In this document: positions 1-11,245 of the stretch, in pieces
Numbering within the stretch: position 1 is the first letter of the stretch
How the letters are laid out: every line of letters starts with the position of its first letter
Assembly (NCBI GenBank): GCA_002269645.1
Contig: NIVC01004198.1
Span: 1-55,713 of the forward strand
Length of the DNA stretch: 55,713 bases
Origin: Macrostomum lignano
Lineage: Eukaryota
Direction: 5' to 3'
Translations under genes and position numbers: made by a program
The notes under the pieces: generated by a model
What the model was told of the DNA's origin: nothing
Databases searched by the model: none
The model's input: only the letters and a program-made list of their open reading frames with translations

Positions 1-208
1 AGCGAAGAGTTCAGCAGGATGCCCCACAGAATGCTGAACAGTTGCGACTGGCGGTGCTGAATGCCTGGCAGCAGCTGCCCCAAGAGTTCATCAACCGGCT
101 GGTGATCAGGATGCCACGACGAGTCACGGCACTTTTGCATGCTCGTGGTTCCTACACACGATACTGAGACTAGAATTAAAGACATTGCTTAACTTTTGTG
201 CCCGTGTG
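1..208 (+). mobile_element. 3' end of a Tc1-like DNA transposon (transposase C-terminus 3..167 plus probable right TIR 181..208); the rest is off-window
   Basis: Frame 3 reads RRVQQDAPQNAEQLRLAVLNAWQQLPQEFINRLVIRMPRRVTALLHARGSYTRY*, the typical Tc1 C-terminal signature (W..IP...I..L..SMP.R..A.I.A.G..T.Y*). The following sequence reverse-complements to CACACGGGCACAAAAGTTAAGCAATGTC, which resembles a Tc1 end. It is followed by GA rather than the expected TA. Confidence 0.8.
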
Positions 209-861
209 ACAGCGTGAGTTGGGGGGGGGGGGGGGGGTTAGCTGTTGCTGAGTATATAAGAATTTCCCGCAGCGATGTTTTCCGCAGCGAGGTTTTCCCG
301 AAGGGTTATTCCAGTCGGAATTTCAAGTCAGATCCAATCGGATTTGAAATCTAGTCTAGTCCAGTTCTAATCTAGTATAGTTTTTAATCGCACGCGAAGG
401 TGTATTCAGCACGCCAGTGAAGTATGAGACAGACCAGGCCTAAGGGCTACGGTCTGCGATGCTTCACGCCTGCCCCTATATTCAGCAGGTCAAGGCTGGA
501 GAGGGAGGTCTGCACCCGCTATTTGCCACTGGCAGCCGCAGACCCCCCCCCTCACGCTGTTTCACAAGTCGACCCAGGGTACTCGTCCCCGCGTGTGTTC
601 AAGGCAGACCCTAGGGCTGCTGGACAGACTGGGCTCCGACGCTGGCGACCCATCCAGTGGCTTCGGCCGAATTTGGGTATGCGGGTCTGGCTTGCCAGCC
701 TGCAGGCCGTGGTACTGCTTAACGTACCCCCTAATGCCTAAGGTGTTTGACCGTGCCGATGGGCTGGAAGGCCGGGGGGTTGTCCGGTCGCTAGCGGTCC
801 TTTTCTTTTTCTTCTTTCCTCTTTCTTTTGTGACTCAGCTCACTCCTTCCCGCTTTCAGCT

Positions 862-2329
862 ATGGCGTCATCCGCCTCTTTAACCCCCGCTGAAGCCGGG
901 GCCCCGGCAACTCCGGCCGGTGACTCTGGCACCAGCGCCGCCCCACCGGGGGCAGATGGGCTTGCCGCCGGCTCGGCTGGTGACATGCCCGCACGCGCAA
1001 CCGGGCCCTCCGCTGAAGCCCGACGCACCCGCAACCAACGCCGCAACGAGCGGCGACGGCGACTACGGGGTACTGCGGGCCGGCCACCGGCGGAAGGGGA
1101 ACCTAGGGAGGGCGAGGCTGCTGTTGGGCCGAAAGGAACCACAGCAACCCCTGCCCCCCAGGATACAACCCCCGCTGGTGAGCCACCCAGTATACCTGCT
1201 ACAAGCGCGGCCGGGCCTTCGGGAACCGCCGCCACCAACTACGCCTCAAAGGTCAAGCTCCAACCGGCGGTCATCGTCTTCGGGAAGAGCAGGACCTCAC
1301 GGCCGACGAGCTCGACAGTGCCTGGCGCACCATCGATGCTGCGCTCATCGACCAGCTCCTGGCGGGCCGCCCTGTGAGCGTGGTCAAGTCTGCCAAGACC
1401 GACGGCTGCATCTTCATCTGGTGCAGCTCGGAGGAGAGCAGCCGCAATCTACGCGAGCTTCTGCCAAAGCTGAACTGGCCCAAGAAGCTCGGCAAGCTCG
1501 TCTTCGCCAGCGAGGGCGAACGACAGAAGACCCAGCGCTTTCGCGTCTGGATCCCGGCCGGCAGTGCCATTAAGTCCGGAGATCAGCTTAGGCAAATATT
1601 GCTAAAGCTGCACCCCGACCTTAAGGTCAACGGGCTCCTACACCACGCCACTTCCCGCAAGGAGAAGGGGGCTACGGTGATCCTAGGGCTCTCTGATGAC
1701 TGGGCTAAGCGCTTGCCGCCTAAGTCCACAATTCATATTGGTCTGACTCAGCTGACCATCCTCCGTTGCGAGGAGCGGAAAGCTGATGAAGCCAAGAATG
1801 CCAAAGCTTCCGAAACCGGAACTGGGGCCCAGGCTCCTCCGGCAAAGAAGCCGAGGCAAACGGCCGATCCTATGCCCGGTAAGGCAGTTCGCGCTGCTGA
1901 AACCGGAAATCGCAATCGCAGACCCGCCAGGAGCACCCGGAGGTCCGGCCTGATCCAGCGCGCGCTGGACCAGGCCAAGAACCTTCGTGCGCATCGTGAG
2001 CGGGCCCGCGCTTCTCGCGCTCCACCCCAACAGCCAGAAGGCCAGACTCTAAGCGGGGAGGCTCCGACCGACTGGTTCGAGTCTGTGACTCACCAGGAGG
2101 CTGGCGCCACCCGCATCGACCTGACCGACGAGGCAGAGGGACGGGCAGTGACAGCACCGAAGCACGCAGGAGAGGCGACGGTAACGTCCACGCTGGGCTC
2201 ACGTCCGCGGAGGACTCCACAGCCACCCTAACTGCTGAGGACGCTGAAACTCCCATGGAGGTCTGCGGGTCACCCACCACTGAAAAGGAGGAGGATGACC
2301 TGCTCAACGATTCCCCAACTGCGTGATAA
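862..2329 (+). CDS. LINE ORF1 (gag-like, DUF4780-like domain), split over three frames by two -1 breaks (about 1282-1284 and about 2138-2145)
   Basis: Frame 1 from ATG 862 (low-complexity N-terminus, NYASKVK). Frame 3 then gives EEQDLTADELDSAWRTID...GCIFIWCSSEESSRNLRELLPKL...FRVWIP...ILGLSDDW, resembling the DUF4780 domain of LOA-clade ORF1s. Frame 2 then gives DSTEARRRGDG...ETPMEV...DSPTA, ending TGA TAA at 2324-2329 and overlapping the ORF2 ATG. Confidence 0.75.
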
Positions 2330-5300
2330 TGATCAGCAACCAGGGAATCCATTGCCTGCAGATTAATCTGCAGCACTGCGTCGCAGCCTCGGTCAACCTT
2401 ATGCGTTACGCCGAGCTCGACAAGCCGGGGCTCATCCTCGTCCAGGAACCCTGGACTCTCAGAGGTAAGCCTCAAAACGCCCCTGCTGGCTACAATTGTT
2501 TTTATACTTACCCTCGCGAGGCCAACCAGCCTCCCAGAGCTTGCATCTTTGCGAGCAAAACGCTCAGTGCGTGGCTCAGATCGGACCTGTCCAACAGGGA
2601 CATCTGCGTCATCCAATCCGAGGACCTTCTTCCTGGGAAGACCACCCTCATTGCCTCGGTTTACCTACCAGGCGATGCTGCGGTCGTCCCCAGAGCCCTC
2701 GCTACGCTGGTAGAGCTCTGCTCTGCCAAAAACTACGAGCTCATGGTTGCCGGCGACATCAACGCCCACCACACTCACTGGGGCAGCACTGGCATTAATC
2801 AGAGAGGCGAAGACCTCCTAGCCTACGTTGCCTCTACGACCCTCGAGTTCTGCAACTCTGGGTCCACCCCTACCTTTGACAACGGACGGTGGTCGGAGGT
2901 GATCGACGCTACGCTCGCAACGCCCAGACTCTACCAGAGTATTGGGGCGTGGCGGGTGCTTCCAGTGTCCTCACTATCGGATCACAAGTTCATCTCCTTC
3001 AACCTAATGGCCGCGCGTAGCGCAACTCGTGTTATGTGGAGACGGAACGCCAGAAATACGGATTGGGAAACCTTCGGGCTCGCCCTGAAGGAATTCCATC
3101 GGTCTCCTGGCCAACCATCCACGATCACGTCGTGCCGAGAGGCGGATGAGTGCGCGACTGTTTTGACAGAGACGCTAACCGCCGCCTTTGAGGCGTCCTG
3201 CCCTTTAAAAGCCTATAAAGGGAAAAAATCGGCGCCGTGGTGGAATCCCGAGCTCGGCAACCTCCGTCGCAGGGCTAAGAGACTCCACCGCAGAGCAACT
3301 AAAACTAAGAGCCCTGCAGACCAAACCGCCTATCATGAAGCAATTCATGAGTTTAAAAGGCAGGTTAGGAATGCAAAGGCTCAAAAATGGCGACAATACT
3401 GTGAGGAGCTAGAGGGCTCACGCCCCACCTCCAGAGTTGTGAAAGCGCTCACGCTGGACAAAATGTCTAAGCTCTCCTCGGTCAAACGCACCGACGGTAC
3501 GTCCACGGACAACCCAGGGGAAACGCTTGATGTAATGCTCACTGCGTTTTTCCCTAACGAGCCAGCTAACCAGACCACTCCGGATCACTCGGAGGGAGGT
3601 CACGCGCTGGCTGCATCTATCATCACGGAGGACCGCATTGTGAGAGCGGCAAATTCCTTCAAGCCTTTCAAAGCCCCAGGACCCGACGGCATTGTACCGG
3701 CCCTTCTAAGAGAGGCGGTTAAATGCCCAGGCTTCCTGCGCAAACTTTGCAGCCTTCTTCGGGCATGCATCACGCTTGGTTATGTCCCGCAGGCATGGAC
3801 CGAGGCAAAGGTGATCTTTATCCCTAAGCCAGGCCGCCCGGACTACCATTCTATCAAATCCTTCAGACCGATCAGCTTGACCTCCTCCCTGGTCAAGCTG
3901 ATGGAGAGACTGGTGCTTTGGCGCCTTCTCTCTGTTGAGCTGAAGAACAAACCTCTCAGCGAGAACCAGCACGCTTTTCGGGCGGGTCGCTCCACTGAAA
4001 GCGCGCTGCACGTCCTGGTCGATAAACTCGAGAAGGCCGTGCTTGGTAGTGGCTTTGCTCTGGGGATCTTCCTGGACATCATTGGCGCCTTCGATAACGT
4101 CCTCTTTGAGGCGTTCCGAAGAGCTCTTTGTGAGAGGCTAACGCACTCACATCTCACCAGATGGATCATGTACATGATCAGCCATCGCACGGCCACCGCC
4201 AGTCTGCTGGGCTACCAGAGGACGGTCCCCGTCTGCAAAGGTAGCCCGCAAGGTGGGGTGCTGTCTCCAGTTCTCTGGAATATGGTCATTGATGAGCTCC
4301 TCCGGGATGTTCGGCCTGACCCCATTCTGAAAGTTGGATATGCGGACGATGTCACCGCGGTGGCATCTGGTCCGTCCCCTGATACCCTCAGGGACCTTCT
4401 TCAGAACTTCATCTACGCTGCTGAGCAATGGGCGGACCGCTGTGGTTTAAGGCTCTCTGAGACTAAGACCGCAGCGATCATGTTCACCAGCAGGACCAAG
4501 TGGCAGATTCGGCCGCTCACGCTTTACGGAAGGGAAATCCCCTTCTGCAAGCAGACTAAATGTCTGGGTATTACCCTGGACCACAGGCTGAACTGGTCTC
4601 CCCACGTTCAAACAAAAGCCAAAAAGGCCTTCGCAGTCCTCGCGCAATTGCGCAGGGCCGTCGGCACCACCTGGGGGCTCACCCCCAAGCGCCTCTGGTG
4701 GATCTACACTGCAATGGTTAGGCCCGCTATCTCGTATGGCGGCCTGATCTGGGCTAGCGCCCTGCAGATAAAGACCTGTCTAGAGGCTCTCAGGAGAGCG
4801 CAAGGGCGCGCTTGTCGCACGATCATGAGCGCCCCTCCGTCTGCTCCTTACGATGGCCTCAACGCCTTCCTCAACATTCCTCCGCTGGACATCTTTGTCC
4901 GCAGGGAAGCGGCTAAGACTGCCCGCCGTCTAGCTGACGCTGGCATTCGAATCCAGCCCCATAGGGCCATGGCTAAGCGCAAGCTTCTGCCCCACGCTGA
5001 CCTCTGCCTCAAGGACTTGAGAGACAGCGGCGGGCTCCACGTCCTATCTGACGGCGAACCCCGCACTCTCAACCTCTTTCAGCGCTACAAGGTCACCATC
5101 CCCTCTAGGGATGCTGCCAATGACCACTGGAATTTCCAGGAGGTCCATTGCTACACGGACGGATCCATCAAAGACGGTCGCGCCGGCTTTGGGGTCTGCA
5201 TTATCATCAACGGCCGCGTAATTGCCACGCATGCCCAGCACACTGGTAGACTCTCCACAGTCTTCCAGAACGAAGTCCTTGCCATCAGCTCTTGCGCTGC

Positions 5301-6033
5301 AGAGCTAAACGCCAAGGTTACGAGAGGAAAGACTATTGTCATCCACTCCGACAGCCAAGCGGCCTTACAGGCCCTTTGCCACACCACAACGAACTCCCGG
5401 ACAGTCGCCGACTGCGCCCGGCAGCTCAACCTCCTGGCCAGAAGCAATACTGTCAGGCTGAAGTGGATCCCAGGGCACGCAGGGTTTCCGGGGAACGAGC
5501 TGGCAGACACCCTCGCCAAGAGGGGCGGCTCTGGCTCTTTTTTCGGCCCTGCCCCCCTGGTCCCTATGCCCTTGACAGTCATCAATCGTCAGATCGACGA
5601 CTGGGCTGACTCCCTCCACAGGGACAGATGGGCGGGCACCCAAAACTGCCGGCAATCTCGTGCCGCGGTTCCTTGCCCGTCTCACAGGCTCAGAAACATC
5701 CTTCTGAACCAGAATCGGAAGGATATTCGAGCCCTTGTCATGACCCTTACCGGCCATGGCTACCTCGCCAGGCACTGCTTCCTCCGAGGCGACCTCGAGA
5801 GCGAAATTTGCCCCTTTTGCGAGTGCGACAATGAAGATGCTCAGCACTTTGTCTGTCACTGCCCTTTCTTTAACAGAGACCGGCTACGCTACCTCGGGCC
5901 GAACCCGTCCATTGACGAGGTTTGCCAGCCCGACAGCATCCCACGGCTCATCCAGTTCCTTCGGGCGACTAGACGAGCCAGTTTCTTCCCAACGGAAGAT
6001 CACGCTGCAGGACGGACCGGCGGACCACCCTGA
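2329..6033 (+). CDS. LINE ORF2: apurinic-like endonuclease, reverse transcriptase, RNase H and C-terminal CCHC knuckle; intact
   Basis: Endonuclease motifs LQINLQH, QEPW, GDINAH, IDATL, SDH. RT motifs KAPGPDG, QHAFR, LDIIGAFD, PQGGVLSP.LWN, YADD, CLGITLD. RNase H motifs YTDGS, NEVLAI, SDSQAAL, WIPGH.G..GNELAD. Knuckle CPFC-x8-H-x4-C. First ATG is at 2329 (the ORF track starts at GTG 2323). Confidence 0.96.
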   Translation: MISNQGIHCLQINLQHCVAASVNLMRYAELDKPGLILVQEPWTLRGKPQNAPAGYNCFYTYPREANQPPRACIFASKTLSAWLRSDLSNRDICVIQSEDLLPGKTTLIASVYLPGDAAVVPRALATLVELCSAKNYELMVAGDINAHHTHWGSTGINQRGEDLLAYVASTTLEFCNSGSTPTFDNGRWSEVIDATLATPRLYQSIGAWRVLPVSSLSDHKFISFNLMAARSATRVMWRRNARNTDWETFGLALKEFHRSPGQPSTITSCREADECATVLTETLTAAFEASCPLKAYKGKKSAPWWNPELGNLRRRAKRLHRRATKTKSPADQTAYHEAIHEFKRQVRNAKAQKWRQYCEELEGSRPTSRVVKALTLDKMSKLSSVKRTDGTSTDNPGETLDVMLTAFFPNEPANQTTPDHSEGGHALAASIITEDRIVRAANSFKPFKAPGPDGIVPALLREAVKCPGFLRKLCSLLRACITLGYVPQAWTEAKVIFIPKPGRPDYHSIKSFRPISLTSSLVKLMERLVLWRLLSVELKNKPLSENQHAFRAGRSTESALHVLVDKLEKAVLGSGFALGIFLDIIGAFDNVLFEAFRRALCERLTHSHLTRWIMYMISHRTATASLLGYQRTVPVCKGSPQGGVLSPVLWNMVIDELLRDVRPDPILKVGYADDVTAVASGPSPDTLRDLLQNFIYAAEQWADRCGLRLSETKTAAIMFTSRTKWQIRPLTLYGREIPFCKQTKCLGITLDHRLNWSPHVQTKAKKAFAVLAQLRRAVGTTWGLTPKRLWWIYTAMVRPAISYGGLIWASALQIKTCLEALRRAQGRACRTIMSAPPSAPYDGLNAFLNIPPLDIFVRREAAKTARRLADAGIRIQPHRAMAKRKLLPHADLCLKDLRDSGGLHVLSDGEPRTLNLFQRYKVTIPSRDAANDHWNFQEVHCYTDGSIKDGRAGFGVCIIINGRVIATHAQHTGRLSTVFQNEVLAISSCAAELNAKVTRGKTIVIHSDSQAALQALCHTTTNSRTVADCARQLNLLARSNTVRLKWIPGHAGFPGNELADTLAKRGGSGSFFGPAPLVPMPLTVINRQIDDWADSLHRDRWAGTQNCRQSRAAVPCPSHRLRNILLNQNRKDIRALVMTLTGHGYLARHCFLRGDLESEICPFCECDNEDAQHFVCHCPFFNRDRLRYLGPNPSIDEVCQPDSIPRLIQFLRATRRASFFPTEDHAAGRTGGPP

Positions 6034-6165
6034 CCGGCCCCACGCCTCTGCCTGTCTGCGGGCCTTCAGGGGCTAGCGGAATGGGCGACCCTCGCCTCCC
6101 CGCTGTGTCTACGGACCACCCTGCAGCTAAGTCAAGCTAAGTCAAGTAAGTCATAGTTTTTAATC

Positions 6166-6195
6166 TAGTCTAGTCTAGTCTAGTCTAGTCTAGTC
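6166..6195 (+). repeat. (TAGTC)6 microsatellite, continuing the TAGTC tract at 351-376 that the LINE interrupted
   Basis: Six perfect TAGTC units immediately after the right TSD; CTAGTCTAGTCCAG and CTAGT units precede the left TSD. Confidence 0.9.
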
Positions 6196-9100
6196 CAGCA
6201 TTCTTTAGACTGGATTTGAGCGGCCATTATTTCACACTTTTGATTTGATTGGACGAGAGATGGGGTGGGTGGGTCACTTGGGGCAGAGGGGTTATGATGT
6301 ACATTGATTACGCGTGGCAAGAAGATAATAGGCGAGTCCAAAAACCTAAATAAATTAATTTCATTAATAAAATCATAGAAGTATACCTGCTCTTGTCAAT
6401 TGGAAACAATCTGCCGCTGCAGGAGTCGCGCGCTGAATGGTGCAATAATGACCGTTTTGACTTGGCATTGTGTCTGGGAAAAAGTTCTTACAATGAGCAG
6501 CTTGTCATGATCCACCTGTCTTCGTAATTCCTCGATACAAAGATCCATGCATGTACATTGTACATCGTACATGCACATGTAATTAAGCCAAGGCCTAGCT
6601 TGTACTCCCCCCTATGAAAGCCGAATGAAAGCCGCAACATGCCAATTCCGACGCTCTCCACAAGCTAGCTAGACATCTAGCTAACCATCTTGCGAATTGC
6701 AATTGACTTATCAACCGTGTGTGTGTCGGTCCTGGCTGCATTTTGCAGTAATTGCTGACTGTGCTGGTAATTGTCGCAATTTTGTGCCTCCGAATATAAT
6801 TGACCGTCTTGAACAGTCTGGAAATTACGGGACCGCTTTTAAGTAGCCCGCGTAATTGCAATCTGAATTTTCTTTTAATTTTACATGCGACAAGAAAATA
6901 CTATGCATGCAGTATATGGAGAACGAGACAAAAAAGCATTACACAGGAACGATCAGTCCTGTAAGCTCAATCAATCGCATATAGAGAGACAAACCATTTT
7001 TAGTACTCTCGTATATTGATTTAGTTGTTCAATTTTCAATTGTGCCCAGGTGCTTGATTGCCATGATCGTAATTGCGCTGCAAGAAATTGTCTAAACAAG
7101 CAGGCCGCTGCAATTGTAGCAGTTAATCGATCATGCAAATAGCCTGAGCAGAAGATTTTCTATGATGGCCTGCAGGCGAGCGTCGCCATATGGATTTTAA
7201 GGTGGGGGGGGGGACAAAGCCAAGAATTATGCATGCACGGACTTTTTATTTAATTTTTGAAATACAGGTTTTTTATCCAGCCTAATATAATGAATAAATG
7301 TATTAAATATTACATTCGTTTTTATTATTTATATCATTACAAAACTTGACAGCTGCAGAAATTCTTAGCTGGTACCCTAATTAGTTCCTTGCCGCAAGTT
7401 TTCTCCGCTGGCAACTTTCTCAGCTGGCAAAGTTCGTAGTACATGTAGGACCCTGCACAATTGCATTCGAGGTGCCGTACTTGAGAGCGACCGGCCACCA
7501 TCTCATTTATTGGAATTGGGCGTTAAATGTCAGAGACACCGTTTCATTTGAAGGAAAGCCATTTTACTTTTTGACTTGTTATGGTCACAGAGCCAGAAGC
7601 GCTATGTACATGTAGCTAGTAGTATATAGTAGCACCAGCAGCGGTAAGTACCGGGGCGCCAGCATCCTATGGGGTGTGACAGCTAGCACAGGATGCCATG
7701 GACCAAGGGGTGGCCAGCAACAGGAGAGCTGCTGTAAGAGGTTGCTTTACTTTTAAGATATTACTTTTGGCAAGCCCATAACTACATGTACATGTACGCC
7801 TAGATCTAGAGTACGTAATGATTAACATCGTGTTATTACTACGCATTAGCTTAATCTGATGTTAATTTATTACTGACTGAGATTAAATTTTCCACACAAA
7901 GTAGTTCCTGCATAACTTATGTCTGTGTGATTGCATGTGCACAAGTAAAATACAAAGGAAATTCTTTGATTAATACACATGTAAAGACAATTAAATATTA
8001 GTAATTATTAAATATTAAAAAATTATAAATATACAAATATAGATTTCAAAACTTTATCGAACAGAGCTGTGCGCCATAGTGCGGTAAATACGACTGAAAT
8101 GCACCAAAAAATCCTTAAAATTTTTTGTAGGTTTTAAGTCGGTTGCATTGTAGCTAAGAGAATTAGAAAAGTCAAGCTATAGTTTCGTCACCTTTATACT
8201 CATGCAGCCGTAAATTCCTAAAATTGCGCCGCTTTGTTTCTTTTGAGTTTTCCTCAATCCAAAACGTAAATCTTAGCTGAAACAGAGTTTGACATAGTAC
8301 AGTTTAATACTTAATACCTACTTCAATTAAGGAAGTGAGTTTAGTTTATTCTATTTTAATTTAAACTTGACCGACACTTCTTTCTTAGAAATATCGCCAG
8401 CACCATTACTTTGCAAAACACGTAGGCTGTAGCACGCTTCTGTTGTATTTAGGACTAAGGAGCTTAAGCCGAGCTACCGATTCATAATAAAAATTATATA
8501 ATGGTGTATAGCACAGCCATTTTGACTGTGATTTTCCTCGAATTTAGGTCCAGGCCAATATCTAGATTAGACCTGGCTTATGTTATGTTATGTGTGAAGT
8601 GTGGCATTTTTTGGGGGTTTTATGACTGACATTTTCGTCTTCAACAAAAATTTTGATAGGCCTAGAGCCTTTTGCCTCCGGCACTTAATGCTTGCTGCAA
8701 TTTTTTAAAAATTAAAGTCATTGTTTCAAATCACGTTTCAGCATTCAACTACAAAATCGCCTACCTACTTATCTATAACTAGGCCTATATTATTATATTA
8801 GACTTAGTTTTAGACTTAGAGTTAGACATAACATTAACAATAAAATAATAATATTAATGCTAAGGCAGGCTGCAGTGGCCTTTTTGCTATTTATTAAAGA
8901 TTAGGGTTAGGGCCTAGCCTAGCTAGGTTGACAATATTTATCATTAGGCCTAGGATTATGCCTAGATAGCTATAGCTTAGGCCTACTGCTTATAGCTATA
9001 TGCCTATAGCCCAAATTATAATTTTTGTTCAAAATCCTAAATGCATTCCCTATGCTATGTGTGCTAGGGTAGGCCTTAACAAAAACTTGTGCATTTGTGT

Positions 9101-11118
9101 ATATCCATAGTTTGGATTGTGTATTAATGTATGCTGTATTTAATTCAAGAAAAAATGATAAGACCTCGTTTGTACACTAGGTTTGTGCACCAATACAAAA
9201 AAATTTGTCATTTGACACAATCTATCTGCTGTGTCATGTATGCCAAGATATACCTTGATATATACTAAAAATGCTAAGACCCTTGTTATATGCTAGGAAA
9301 TCTTAGCATACATGTTGCTTTCCAAATTATAGGTATATATAGTTCTAACAAACTTGCGCAACTCTAAAAAGTTTATGTCATATGCACAGCTTATTTGTTT
9401 AAAAAACTTATATGATTTCATTTAAAAATATTAAATATTGTATTTGCTATAGTTAAACAAAGTTATCATTTATCATATATTTAAAATAATAAAACAATAC
9501 CATGGTCATGGAGCGGAGCAATATATTGTCATTAATAATAAAAAATAATTAGGCCCTATGAAATTTATTTTTAGTTGTTTATTTTTAGGGTTAATTATAT
9601 AGATTTGAGCTTTATATAAAACAAAAATAGATATGGCAGATGAAGAATTTAGCAAGCATAGCAGTGATGAAAGTTCTACTATAGCCCCATAGTCAGGATG
9701 ATATACATTACACCGGAAATTTCTGGCATACAATTGAAAATTTTACTTTTTTGGCATACAATTAGGCATAAAAAAATGAGGCGAAATATATTTGGCGTAC
9801 CTTTTGGCGTGACACCGTGGCGTAAATACGCCAAGCAGCGTACGCCAACTCTAACCTTCATGCCAAAGTTAATATTAACAATTGTTGGCATAATGCCATA
9901 ACCTCAGAATCTTATTATAAAATCATAAAAACTGTAAAGCTAGTAAGCAAAGATGAAAGTTCATAACTATTCATGATTTATAAAAATTTAAAATTCTACA
10001 CAAATTAATCGTGTTGATTTTCTAAAAAAAACTTAAACAATAAATTGATTTTTGTTGGCATTATCTGTAAGCTAATTTACTTTAAAGGAAAACCACACAT
10101 TTGTTACATTTTTATTGTTAAAAAATGTGTAACACGCAAAAAAGGTCATTTATTGTTGCAAAGCCTAGAAAACCTGGCGTAAGTTCCTTGGACCTTGGCG
10201 TACGTTTCAGTATAAAGTGGCATAGATTTTTTTTAGGGGACTTTTTATTCCCTATCACAAGATAAGCAATGAAAAGTAAGTCTTGATTGTTGCTGCCATC
10301 AAGAGGTATGATAGTGCAATAGTACTAAGCACATTTTGCAATAGCTGGATATAAAGAGAAAAACTATATATTTTATTAGGCATTACTATGAAATAATGGG
10401 CCTGTTTGATTGGGTTCTCTGAAATCAGTGTTAATATCAATCATTTTTTGATATGCCATCTATTTGCAGATGTTATTTCAGTGAAGTTATTCGTGAAGAA
10501 CTTGTACAAACACTGTGAAAAAGATTAATTGTGTGCCAAGATTCTCAAATTGGTTGCTCCATAGATCCTCCTTTTGGGCCATAGACAATGAAGAGCAAGT
10601 CTTCAATAGCTTGATTTTCCTACTTAGGATTAAATTGCTTGCTCCTAGGCTTAATTGGCTTGAAAAATGCTATATTTAAGTATTTAAATTATATAGGTTG
10701 TAAAAGCAGCATTACATAGTATAGTAGTAGTGGTATTAGTAGTATTATAGTATTATATAGTAGTATTATAGTATATATAGTATATATAGTATATAGTATA
10801 CTTGTACTTTTATATTAAGATATAGTATATCTTAATATACTATATATATACTATATAGTATATATATAGTATATACTAGCAATGTTGTACCCCCCTTTGG
10901 TGCAGCCGTTAAGAAAGGGACAAAATTTTGTTACTTAAATGAATTAGAAAAATATGCTTTAAAAGCTATGAAAATTTAGTATCATACTAACATACAATCA
11001 CCTTTTGAGTAAAAATATCATGGACAAAGATATTTGCTATGAATCTCTTTTTTTCTAAAACTAACAAAAGTACACAAGAAAAAAAACCTTCACAAAAAGT
11101 AGCAGCCATTTTCTAGAT

Positions 11119-11245
11119 GGCAAGCCTCCCCCCCAGACAGCAAGCGTCCCCCCTGATAGCAAGCACCCCCCCCGATAGCAAACACCCCCCCCCAAAAGCA
11201 AGCATCCCCTCAGATAGCAAGCATCATCCGATAGCAAGCATCCCT
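11119..11245 (+). repeat. Short degenerate tandem repeat, about 19-20-bp unit (GATAGCAAGCA-Cn), about 6 copies
   Basis: GCAAGC/GCAAAC recurs every 19-22 bp with C-run spacers. Confidence 0.75.

Larger units (their letters stand above)
390..6152 (+). mobile_element. Full-length non-LTR retrotransposon, I-group, LOA/Lian-like clade (two ORFs, RNase H-bearing)
   Basis: Identical 13-bp target-site duplication ATAGTTTTTAATC at 377-389 and 6153-6165. About 470-nt 5' UTR, gag-like ORF1, APE-RT-RNase H ORF2, about 120-nt 3' UTR ending in a GCTAAGTCAAGCTAAGTCAAGTAAGTC tail. Confidence 0.93.

Noticed and set aside
221-238. Poly-G run of 18
   Set aside because: Simple homopolymer of uncertain length; no functional inference possible.
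1282-2145. Programmed -1 ribosomal frameshifting in LINE ORF1
   Set aside because: No canonical X XXY YYZ slippery heptamer, and the same one-base-short homopolymer pattern occurs in two host genes, favouring sequence error. Kept only as a test in the findings.
840-5859. Many antisense and alternate-frame ORFs over the LINE (e.g. 1870-2616, 5365-5859)
   Set aside because: Shadow ORFs expected in GC-rich coding sequence; no recognisable motifs.
10760-10880. Hairpin ATTAAGATAT-AGT-ATATCTTAAT within a TATAG-rich patch
   Set aside because: Low-complexity AT sequence is self-complementary by chance; no TSD or other support.
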